Source: a virus
Taxonomy: Duplodnaviria > Heunggongvirae > Uroviricota > Caudoviricetes
Strand: one strand, 5' to 3'
Virus record (IMG/VR): IMGVR_UViG_2571042372_000002
Length of the DNA stretch: 23,274 bases
This document shows positions 8,407 through 16,300 of this stretch, piece after piece. The position numbers were made by a program, and so were the translations under genes. Each line of letters opens with the position of its first letter. The first letter of the stretch is position 1. The notes under the pieces are model-generated. The model saw nothing but the letters and a program-made list of their open reading frames with translations, was not told the origin of the DNA and did no database searches.

Positions 8407-8752
8407 TTTTCAGAATGCCTTTGATGCCGCCCTTGCCGGGGTGGACAGTACGATTGTTGAAGTGATGGGCATCAGTGCGCAGTTCACCTCCGGTGCACAG
8501 CGTGGCGGCGAGGTTCATGGCGTTTTTGACGATCCGGAGTCGCTGGGTTTTGCCAGTAGTGGGATCCGTATTGAAGGAAGTAACCCGTCATTATTTGTGC
8601 TTACGGATACGGTTTGTGCTGTACGGCGTGGTGACACGCTGACCATTAACGGCGAGATGTTCTGGGTGGACCGTGTTTCTCCGGATGACGGAGGGAGTTG
8701 TTATCTCTGGCTCAACCGGGGGCAACCACCTGCAGTTAACCGGCGACGATAA
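8399..8752 (+). CDS. FII: head-tail connector protein FII homolog
   Basis: 117 aa; C-terminal ...RGDTLTINGEMFWVDRVSPDDGGSCYLWLNRGQPPAVNRRR is near-identical to the lambda FII C-terminus as recalled. Overlaps the FI stop. Confidence 0.92.
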   Translation: MRDFQNAFDAALAGVDSTIVEVMGISAQFTSGAQRGGEVHGVFDDPESLGFASSGIRIEGSNPSLFVLTDTVCAVRRGDTLTINGEMFWVDRVSPDDGGSCYLWLNRGQPPAVNRRR

Positions 8753-8767
8753 ACGCAGGGTGAAATT

Positions 8768-9301
8768 ATGGCCATAAAAGGTCTTGAGCAGGCCGTTGAA
8801 AACCTCAGCCGGGTTCGTAAAAACGCCATTCCGGCGGCTTCAGCAATGGCCATTAACCGCGTGGCCACAACGGCGATTAATCAGTCTTCATCACTGGTTG
8901 CCTGTGAGACAAAGGTACGCCGGAAACTGGTAAAGGAAAGGGCCAGGCTGAAAAGGGCCACGGTCAAAAATCCGCAGGCCAGAATCAAAGTTAACCGGGG
9001 GGATTTGCCCGTAATCAGGCTGGGGATCAGGATGCTGGGGCGTCGCCCGAACAGCATACTTAAAGCCGGTCAGCATCGGTATCAGCGGGCGTTTATTCAG
9101 CAACTGAAAAATGGCCGGTGGCATGTCATGCAGCGTGTGGCCGGGAAAAACCGTTACCCCATTGATGTGGTGAAAATCCCGATGGCGGTGCCACTGAAAC
9201 AGGCATTTGATGAGAATGTTGACCGTATACGGCGTGAACGCCTGCCTAAAGAACTGGCATACGCGCTGCAGCATCAACTGAGAATGGTAATAAAGCGATG
9301 A
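8768..9301 (+). CDS. Z: tail completion protein Z homolog
   Basis: 177 aa (192 aa in lambda), at the Z position between FII and U; ATGA-type overlap with U. Confidence 0.85.
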   Translation: MAIKGLEQAVENLSRVRKNAIPAASAMAINRVATTAINQSSSLVACETKVRRKLVKERARLKRATVKNPQARIKVNRGDLPVIRLGIRMLGRRPNSILKAGQHRYQRAFIQQLKNGRWHVMQRVAGKNRYPIDVVKIPMAVPLKQAFDENVDRIRRERLPKELAYALQHQLRMVIKR

Positions 9302-9693
9302 AACATACTGAACTCCGTGCAGCCGTACTGGATGCACTCGAGCAGCATGAACACGGGGCGACGCTGTTTGATGGTCGCCCCGTTGTTTTTGACGAAGAGG
9401 ATTTTCCTGCGATCGCGGTTTATCTCACCGGCGCTGAGTATACCGGTGAAGAGCTGGATGCAGATACCTGGCGGGCCACGCTGCATATTGAAGTTTTCCT
9501 GCCTGCTCAGGTGCCGGATTCAGAGCTGGATTCGTGGATGGAGTCCCGGATTTATCCGGTGATGAGCGATATCCCGGCACTGGCAGGACTGATTACCACG
9601 ATGGTTACGCAGGGCTATGAGTACCGGCGCGACGACGATATGGCGTTATGGAGTTCAGCCGATCTGACTTATGTCATTACCTATGAAATGTGA
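9298..9693 (+). CDS. U: tail terminator protein U homolog
   Basis: 131 aa; [54 protein letters not shown]... is near-identical to lambda gpU. Confidence 0.95.
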   Translation: MKHTELRAAVLDALEQHEHGATLFDGRPVVFDEEDFPAIAVYLTGAEYTGEELDADTWRATLHIEVFLPAQVPDSELDSWMESRIYPVMSDIPALAGLITTMVTQGYEYRRDDDMALWSSADLTYVITYEM

Positions 9694-9700
9694 GGACGAT

Positions 9701-10453
9701 ATGCCAACACCAAATCCCCTTGAGCCGGTAAAAGGTGCCGGGACCACACTGTGGGTTTATAACGGCAAGGGTGATGCTTATGCAAACCCGTTGTCAGACA
9801 ATGACTGGTCGCGTCTGGCAAAAATTAAAGACCTGACGCCCGGCGAACTGACCGCTGAGTCCTATGACGATAACTACCTGGATGATGAAGATGCGGACTG
9901 GACCGCGACCGGGCAGGGGCAGAAATCCGCCGGAGATACCAGCTTCACGCTGGCGTGGATGCCCGGAGAGCAGGGGCAGAAAGGGCTTATAGGCTGGTTT
10001 GAAAGCGGCGATGTCCGTGCCTATAAAATCCGCTTCCCGAACGGCACGGTCGATGTGTTCCGTGGCTGGGTCAGCAGTATCGGTAAGGCGGTGACGGCGA
10101 AGGAAGTGATCACCCGTACGGTGAAGGTCACCAATGTGGGTAAACCTTCTGTAGCGGAAGAACGCAGCAAAATTACGCCGGTCAGTGCGATTAAGGTGAC
10201 GCCGACATCCGGTACGGTGGTGAAAGGGCAGAGCACCACGCTGACCGTGGCCTTCCAGCCGGAGGGCGCAACTGACAAGAGCTTCCGTGCGGTGTCAGCG
10301 GATAAAACAAAAGCCACCATTAGTGTGAAAGATATGACAATCACCGTGAACGGCGTTGCTGCAGGCAAGGTCAACATTCCGGTTGTATCCGGTAATGGTG
10401 AACTTGCTGCGGTTGCAGAAATCACTGTCACCGAAGCGGGCGCTGCAGGGTAA
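9701..10453 (+). CDS. V: major tail protein V homolog (with C-terminal Ig-like domain)
   Basis: Start at ATG 9701 with [27 protein letters not shown]...[20 protein letters not shown]...[31 protein letters not shown] is near-identical to lambda gpV. The ORF track's upstream start at 9671 is less likely. Confidence 0.93.
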   Translation: MPTPNPLEPVKGAGTTLWVYNGKGDAYANPLSDNDWSRLAKIKDLTPGELTAESYDDNYLDDEDADWTATGQGQKSAGDTSFTLAWMPGEQGQKGLIGWFESGDVRAYKIRFPNGTVDVFRGWVSSIGKAVTAKEVITRTVKVTNVGKPSVAEERSKITPVSAIKVTPTSGTVVKGQSTTLTVAFQPEGATDKSFRAVSADKTKATISVKDMTITVNGVAAGKVNIPVVSGNGELAAVAEITVTEAGAAG

Positions 10454-10466
10454 ACGGAGGTAATAC

Positions 10467-10898
10467 ATGTTCCTGAAAACCGAATCATTTGAACATAACG
10501 GCGTGACCGTCACGCTTTCTGAACTGTCAGCCCTGCAGCGTATTGAGCATCTCGCCCTGATGAAACAGCAGGCAGAACAGGCGGAATCCTGCGGCAACCG
10601 GCAGGTTACTGTGGAAGACGCCATCAGAACCGGTGCTTTTGTGGTGGCGATGTCCCTGTGGCATAACCATCCACAGAAAACGCAGTCACCGTCAATGAAT
10701 GAGGCCGTGATGAAGATAGAGCAGGAAGTGCTTACCACCTGGCCCGCGGATGCCATTGCCCGGGCGGAAAACGTGGTGTACCGGCTGTCCGGTATGATCG
10801 AAGCTGTTCGTCCGGATACTGATATTACTGAAGTGGCGAAAAATAACACGCTGACTGATGATGATTTTTCTGCGGGAAAGTGTTCGACGGTGAGCTGA
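10467..10898 (+). CDS. G: tail assembly chaperone G homolog
   Basis: 143 aa; MFLKTESFEHNGVTVTLSELSALQRIEHLALMK...SAGKCSTVS is near-identical to lambda gpG. GGAGG SD upstream. Confidence 0.95.
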   Translation: MFLKTESFEHNGVTVTLSELSALQRIEHLALMKQQAEQAESCGNRQVTVEDAIRTGAFVVAMSLWHNHPQKTQSPSMNEAVMKIEQEVLTTWPADAIARAENVVYRLSGMIEAVRPDTDITEVAKNNTLTDDDFSAGKCSTVS

Positions 10899-11326
10899 GT
10901 TTTGCCCTGAAACTGGCGCGAGAGATGGGGCGACCTGACTGGCGCGCCATGCTTGCCGGGATGTCATCCACGGAGTATGCCGACTGGCACCGCTTTTACA
11001 GTACCCATTATTTTCATGATGTTCTGCTGGATATGCACTTTTCCGGGCTGACGTACACTGTGCTCAGCCTGTTTTTCAGCGATCCGGATATGCATCCCTC
11101 TGATTTCAGTCTGCTTGTCCCCCGGCATGAGGAAGAGCAGGTGGAGAGGCCGGATGAGGACAAAATGCTGATGCAGAAAGCGGCAGGGCTTACCGGAGGC
11201 GTCCGCTTCGGTGGGGACGGAGGGCGCGATATTTTATCGTCTGCGGATGTGGCGGATGTCATGGTGGATGATGCCGCATTAATGATGGCTTCAGCAGGGA
11301 TCGCGGGAGGAGTCCGGTATGGCTGA
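10467..11326 (+). CDS. T: tail assembly protein G-T fusion (made by -1 frameshift at 10874-10880; T portion is 10880..11326 in the -1 frame)
   Basis: The -1 frame ORF 10880..11326 has no plausible independent start or SD, overlaps the G 3' end, and ends 8 nt into H, as for lambda gpGT. Confidence 0.8.
10874..10880 (+). promoter_or_regulatory. programmed -1 ribosomal frameshift slippery heptamer G GGA AAG (G to G-T fusion)
   Basis: GGGAAAG sits in the X_XXY_YYZ register relative to the G frame (codons GCG GGA AAG TGT give A G K C). The -1 frame is open from 10880 to 11326 and encodes a T-like protein. Same heptamer and position as the lambda G/GT frameshift. Confidence 0.85.
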
Positions 11327-13898
11327 ACCGGTAGGCGATCTGGTCGTTGATTTAAGTCTGGATGCTGTCCGTTTTGATGAGCAGATGAGCCGGGTAAGGC
11401 GTCATTTTTCAGGTCTGGATACCGACGCCAGAAAAACCGCCAGTGCTGTTGAACAGGGCCTGAGCCGCCAGGCGCTGGCTGCACAGAAAGCGGGGATTTC
11501 CGTCGGGCAGTATAAAGCCGCCATGCGTATGCTGCCTGCACAGTTCACCGACGTGGCCACGCAGCTTGCCGGTGGTCAGAATCCCTGGCTGATCCTGCTG
11601 CAACAGGGTGGTCAGGTTAAGGACTCCTTCGGCGGGATGATCCCCATGTTCCGGGGGCTTGCCGGTGCGATCACCCTGCCGATGGTCGGGGCCACCTCGC
11701 TGGCGGTGGCGACCGGTGCGCTGGCGTATGCCTGGTATCAGGGTAACTCAACCCTGTCCGATTTCAACAAAACGCTGGTCCTTTCCGGCAATCAGTCGGG
11801 TCTGACGGCAGATCGTATGCTGGTCCTGTCCAGAGCCGGGCAGGCGGCAGGGCTGACGTTTAACCAGACCAGCGAGTCACTCAGCGCACTGGTTAAGGCG
11901 GGAGTAAGCGGTGAGGCTCAGATTGCATCCATCAGCCAGAGTGTGGCGCGTTTCTCCTCTGCATCCGGCGTGGAGGTGGACAAGGTCGCTGAAGCCTTCG
12001 GGAAGCTGACCACTGACCCGACGTCGGGGCTGACGGCGATGGCGCGCCAGTTCCATAACGTAACGGCGGAGCAGATTGCGTATGTTGCTCAGTTGCAGCG
12101 TTCCGGCGATGAATCCGGGGCATTGCAGGCGGCGAACGAGGCCGCAACGAAAGGGTTTGATGACCAGACCCGACGCCTGAAAGAGAACATGGGCACGCTG
12201 GAAACCTGGGCAGACAGGACAGCACGGGCATTCAAATCCATGTGGGATGCGGTGCTGGATATTGGTCGTCCGGAATCCTCAGCGGATATGCTCGCCAGTG
12301 CGCAGAAGGCATTTGATGAGGCGGATAAAAAATGGCAGTGGTACCAGAGCCGGAGCCAGCGCCGGGGAAAGACCTCCTCTTTTCGTGCGAACCTTCAGGG
12401 GGCATGGGATGATCGTGAAAAGGCCCGTCTGGGTCTGGCAGCGGCCACGCTGCAGTCGGATATGGAAAAAGCCGGTGAACTGGCGGCAAGGGACAGGGCT
12501 GAGCGTGAGTCGTCACGGCTGAAATATACCGAAGAGGCGCAGAAGGCTTACGAACGGCTGCAGACGCCGCTGGAGAAATATACCGCCCGTCAGGAAGAAC
12601 TGAACAAGGCACTGAAAGACGGGAAAATCCTGCAGGCGGATTACAACACGCTGATGGCGGCGGCGAAAAAGGATTATGAAGCGACGCTGAAAAAGCCGAA
12701 ACAGTCCGGCGTGAAGGTGTCTGCGGGCGATCGTCAGGAAGACAGTGCTCATGCTGCTCTGCTGACGCTTCAGGCAGAACTCCGGACGCTGGAGAAGCAT
12801 GCCGGAGCAAATGAGAAAATCAGCCAGCAGCGCCGGGATTTGTGGAAGGCGGAGAGTCAGTTCGCGGTACTGGAGGAGGCCGCCACGAAACGGCAGTTAT
12901 CTGAGCAGGAGAAATCCCTGCTGGCGCATGAAGATGAGACGCTGGAGTACAAACGCCAGCTGGCTGAGCTGGGAGACAAGATTGAACACCAGAAGCGCCT
13001 GAACGAGCTGGCGCAGCAGGCGGATAAATTCGCACAGCAGCAACGGGCAAAACGGGCCGCAATCAGCGCAAAAGCCCGCGGCCTCACCGACCGTCAGGCG
13101 CAGCGGGAGTCGGAAGAGCAGCGCCTTCGTGAGGTGTACGGTGATAATCCGGCTGCGCTGGCGAAGGCCACATCGGCACTGAAAAAGACCTGGGCGGCTG
13201 AAGACCAGCTTCGCGGGAACTGGATGGCAGGCCTGAAGTCCGGCTGGAGTGAGTGGGAAGAGAGCGCCACGGACAGTATGTCGCAGGTAAAAAGTGCAGC
13301 CACGCAGACCTTTGATGGTATTGCGCAGAATATGGCGGCGATGCTGACCGGCAGTGAACAGAACTGGCGCAGCTTCACCCGTTCCGTGCTGTCCATGATG
13401 ACAGAAATTCTGCTTAAGCAGGCAATGGTGGGGATTGTCGGGAGTATCGGCAGCGCTATTGGCGGGGCTGTTGGTGGCGGCGCATCCGCGTCAGGCGGTA
13501 CAGCCATTCAGGCCGCTGCGGCGAAACTCCATTTTGCAACCGGAGGATTTACGGGAACCGGCGGCAAATATGAGCCAGCGGGGATTGTTCACCGTGGTGA
13601 ATTTGTCTTCACGAAGGAGGCAACCAGCCGGATTGGCGTGGGAAATCTCTACCGGCTGATGCGCGGCTATGCCACCGGCGGTTATGTCGGTGGCACCGGA
13701 AGTCCGGCGCAAATGCGGCGTTCAGAGGGTATCAGGTTTGAGCAGAACAACAACGTGGTGATTCAGAACGACGGTACGAATGGTCTGCCAGGTCCACAGA
13801 TGATGAAGGCGGTGTATGACATGGCCCGCAAGGGTGCCCGTGATGAAATCCAGGCACAGATGCGCGATGGTGGTCTGTTCTCCGGAGGTGGACGATGA
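11319..13898 (+). CDS. H: tail tape measure protein H homolog
   Basis: 859 aa (853 aa in lambda). N-terminus MAEPVGDLVVDLSLDAVRFDEQM... and C-terminus ...ARKGARDEIQAQMRDGGLFSGGGR are near-identical to lambda gpH as recalled. Confidence 0.95.
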   Translation: MAEPVGDLVVDLSLDAVRFDEQMSRVRRHFSGLDTDARKTASAVEQGLSRQALAAQKAGISVGQYKAAMRMLPAQFTDVATQLAGGQNPWLILLQQGGQVKDSFGGMIPMFRGLAGAITLPMVGATSLAVATGALAYAWYQGNSTLSDFNKTLVLSGNQSGLTADRMLVLSRAGQAAGLTFNQTSESLSALVKAGVSGEAQIASISQSVARFSSASGVEVDKVAEAFGKLTTDPTSGLTAMARQFHNVTAEQIAYVAQLQRSGDESGALQAANEAATKGFDDQTRRLKENMGTLETWADRTARAFKSMWDAVLDIGRPESSADMLASAQKAFDEADKKWQWYQSRSQRRGKTSSFRANLQGAWDDREKARLGLAAATLQSDMEKAGELAARDRAERESSRLKYTEEAQKAYERLQTPLEKYTARQEELNKALKDGKILQADYNTLMAAAKKDYEATLKKPKQSGVKVSAGDRQEDSAHAALLTLQAELRTLEKHAGANEKISQQRRDLWKAESQFAVLEEAATKRQLSEQEKSLLAHEDETLEYKRQLAELGDKIEHQKRLNELAQQADKFAQQQRAKRAAISAKARGLTDRQAQRESEEQRLREVYGDNPAALAKATSALKKTWAAEDQLRGNWMAGLKSGWSEWEESATDSMSQVKSAATQTFDGIAQNMAAMLTGSEQNWRSFTRSVLSMMTEILLKQAMVGIVGSIGSAIGGAVGGGASASGGTAIQAAAAKLHFATGGFTGTGGKYEPAGIVHRGEFVFTKEATSRIGVGNLYRLMRGYATGGYVGGTGSPAQMRRSEGIRFEQNNNVVIQNDGTNGLPGPQMMKAVYDMARKGARDEIQAQMRDGGLFSGGGR

Positions 13899-14224
13899 AA
13901 ACCTTCCGCTGGAAAGTGAAACCCGGGATGGATGTGACATCGGCTCCTTCCGTCAGGGAGGTGCGCTTTGGTGATGGCTATTCCCAGCGTGCGCCTGCCG
14001 GGCTGAACGCTGACCTGAAAACGTACAGCGTGACGCTGTCTGTCTCCCGTGAGGAGGCCACGGCGCTGGAGTCGTTTCTGGCTGAGCACGGGGGCTGGAA
14101 GGCCTTTCTGTGGACGCCGCCTTATGGTTACAGGCAGATAAAGGTGACCTGCGCAAAATGGTCGTCGCGGGTCAGTATGCTGCGTGTTGAGTTCAGCGCA
14201 GAGTTTGAACAGGTGGTGAACTGA
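13895..14224 (+). CDS. M: minor tail protein M homolog
   Basis: 109 aa, same size as lambda M, immediately after H with ATGA overlap; MKTFRWKVKPGMDV... is lambda-like. Confidence 0.9.
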   Translation: MKTFRWKVKPGMDVTSAPSVREVRFGDGYSQRAPAGLNADLKTYSVTLSVSREEATALESFLAEHGGWKAFLWTPPYGYRQIKVTCAKWSSRVSMLRVEFSAEFEQVVN

Positions 14225-14922
14225 TGCAGGATATCCGGCAGGAAACATTGAATGAATGCACCCGTGCGGAGCAGTCGGCCAGCGTGGTGCTCTGGGAAAT
14301 CGATCTGACAGAGGTCGGTGGAGAACGTTATTTTTTCTGTAATGAGCAGAACGAAAAAGGTGAGCCGGTCACCTGGCAGGGGCGACAGTATCAGCCGTAT
14401 CCCATTCAGGGGAGTAGTTTTGAACTGAATGGCAAAGGCACCAGTACGCGCCCCACGCTGACGGTTTCTAACCTGTACGGTATGGTCACCGGGATGGTGG
14501 AAGATCTGCAGAGTCTGGTCGGCGGAACGGTGGTCAGGCGTAAGGTTTACGCCCGTTTTCTGGATGCGGTGAACTTCGTCAACGGAAACAGCGACGCCGA
14601 TCCGGAGCAGGAGGTGATCAGCCGCTGGCGCATCGAGCAGTGCAGCGAACTGAGTGCGGTCAGTGCCTCCTTTGTACTGTCCACACCGACGGAAACGGAT
14701 GGTGCCGTTTTTCCGGGGCGCATCATGCTGGCTAATACCTGCACCTGGACCTATCGCGGTGATGAGTGCGGTTATCACGGTCCGGCGGTCGCGGATGAAT
14801 ATGATCAGCCGACTTCCGATATCACGAAGGATAAATGCAGCAAATGCCTGAGCGGCTGTAAGTTTCGCAATAACGTCGGCAACTTTGGCGGCTTCCTTTC
14901 CATTAACAAACTTTCGCAGTAA
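14224..14922 (+). CDS. L: minor tail protein L homolog
   Basis: 232 aa, same size and position as lambda L; Cys-rich C-terminal segment (CTWTYRGDECGYHG...CSKCLSGCKF) as in lambda L. Confidence 0.9.
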   Translation: MQDIRQETLNECTRAEQSASVVLWEIDLTEVGGERYFFCNEQNEKGEPVTWQGRQYQPYPIQGSSFELNGKGTSTRPTLTVSNLYGMVTGMVEDLQSLVGGTVVRRKVYARFLDAVNFVNGNSDADPEQEVISRWRIEQCSELSAVSASFVLSTPTETDGAVFPGRIMLANTCTWTYRGDECGYHGPAVADEYDQPTSDITKDKCSKCLSGCKFRNNVGNFGGFLSINKLSQ

Positions 14923-14927
14923 ATCCC

Positions 14928-15671
14928 ATGACAGAGACAGAATCAGCGATTCTGGCGCATGCCCGGCGATGTGCGCCAGCGGAGTCGTGCGGCTTCGTGG
15001 TGAGAGCGCCGGAGGGGGAAAGATATTTTCCCTGCGTGAATATCTCCGGTGAGCCGGAGGCGTATTTCCGGATGGCTCCGGAGGACTGGCTGCAGGCAGA
15101 GATGCAGGGTGAGATTGTGGCGCTGGTCCACAGTCATCCCGGTGGTCTGCCCTGGCTGAGTGAGGCCGACCGGCGGCTGCAGGTGCAGAGTGATTTGCCG
15201 TGGTGGCTGGTCTGCCGGGGGGCGATTCATAAGTTCCGCTGTGTGCCGCATCTCACCGGGCGGCGCTTTGAGCACGGGGTGACGGACTGTTACACGCTGT
15301 TCCGGGACGCTTACCATCTGGCGGGGATTGAGATGCCGGACTTTCATCGTGAGGATGACTGGTGGCGTAACGGCCAGAATCTCTATCTTGATAATCTGGA
15401 GGCCACAGGGCTGTATCAGGTGCCGTTGTCAGCGGCGCAGCCGGGCGATGTGCTGCTGTGCTGCTTTGGTTCATCGGTGCCGAATCATGCCGCTATTTAC
15501 TGTGGTGACGGCGAGCTGCTGCACCATATTCCTGAACAACTGAGTAAACGAGAGAGGTATACCGACAAATGGCAGCGACGCACACACTCCCTCTGGCGTC
15601 ACCGGGCATGGCGCGCATCTGCCTTTACGGGGATTTACAACGATTTGGCCGCCGCATCGACCTTCGTGTGA
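14928..15671 (+). CDS. K: tail tip assembly protein K homolog (JAMM/MPN plus NlpC/P60-like)
   Basis: The C-terminal 199 aa from M49 (nt 15072) match the lambda K protein as I recall its annotation. The full ORF adds 48 N-terminal residues. JAMM-type motif HSHPGGLPWLSEAD (HxHx7Sx2D) is at 15129-15170. Overlaps I by 103 nt as in lambda. Confidence 0.88.
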   Translation: MTETESAILAHARRCAPAESCGFVVRAPEGERYFPCVNISGEPEAYFRMAPEDWLQAEMQGEIVALVHSHPGGLPWLSEADRRLQVQSDLPWWLVCRGAIHKFRCVPHLTGRRFEHGVTDCYTLFRDAYHLAGIEMPDFHREDDWWRNGQNLYLDNLEATGLYQVPLSAAQPGDVLLCCFGSSVPNHAAIYCGDGELLHHIPEQLSKRERYTDKWQRRTHSLWRHRAWRASAFTGIYNDLAAASTFV

Positions 15672-16240
15672 AAACGGGGGCTGAAGCCATCCGCGCACTG
15701 GCCACACAGCTCCCGGTGTTTCGTCAGAAACTGAGCGACGGCTGGTATCAGGTACGGATTGCCGGGCGGGACGTCAGCACGTCCGGGTTAACGGCGCAGT
15801 TACATGAGACTCTGCCTGATGGCGCTGTGATTCATATTGTTCCCAGAGTCGCCGGGGCCAAGTCAGGTGGCGTATTCCAGATTGTCCTGGGGGCTGCCGC
15901 CATTGCCGGATCATTCTTTACCGCCGGAGCCACCCTTGCAGCATGGGGGGCAGCCATTGGGGCCGGTGGTATGACCGGCATCCTGTTTTCTCTCGGTGCC
16001 AGTATGGTGCTCGGTGGTGTGGCGCAGATGCTGGCACCGAAAGCCAGAACTCCCCGTACACAGACAACGGATAACGGCAAACAGAACACCTATTTCTCCT
16101 CACTGGATAACATGGTTGCCCAGGGCAATGTTCTGCCGGTTCTGTACGGTGAAATGCGCGTGGGGTCACGCGTGGTTTCTCAGGAGATCAGCACGGCAGA
16201 CGAAGGGGATGGTGGTCAGGTTGTGGTGATTGGTCGCTGA
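15569..16240 (+). CDS. I: tail tip assembly protein I homolog
   Basis: 223 aa; MAATHTLPLASPGMARICLYGDLQRFGRRIDLRVKTGAEAIRALATQLP... is near-identical to lambda gpI. Confidence 0.93.
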   Translation: MAATHTLPLASPGMARICLYGDLQRFGRRIDLRVKTGAEAIRALATQLPVFRQKLSDGWYQVRIAGRDVSTSGLTAQLHETLPDGAVIHIVPRVAGAKSGGVFQIVLGAAAIAGSFFTAGATLAAWGAAIGAGGMTGILFSLGASMVLGGVAQMLAPKARTPRTQTTDNGKQNTYFSSLDNMVAQGNVLPVLYGEMRVGSRVVSQEISTADEGDGGQVVVIGR

Positions 16241-16258
16241 TGCAAAATGTTTTATGTG

Positions 16259-16284
16259 AAACCGCCTCCGGGCGGTTTTATCGT
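16259..16284 (+). terminator. terminator-like hairpin between I and J
   Basis: AAACCGCC-TCCG-GGCGGTTT (8-bp stem) followed by TATCGTTTAT, in the 60-nt I-J intergenic region, 17 nt upstream of the J ATG. Confidence 0.45.
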
Positions 16285-16300
16285 TTATGGAGCATGAGGA

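Noticed and set aside
12232-12810. 192-aa - strand ORF (and other antisense ORFs at 11014-11541, 11932-12231, 13094-13507) inside H
   Set aside because: All lie antisense within the near-lambda-identical tape measure gene; low-complexity Pro/Ala/Ser-rich translations typical of shadow frames.
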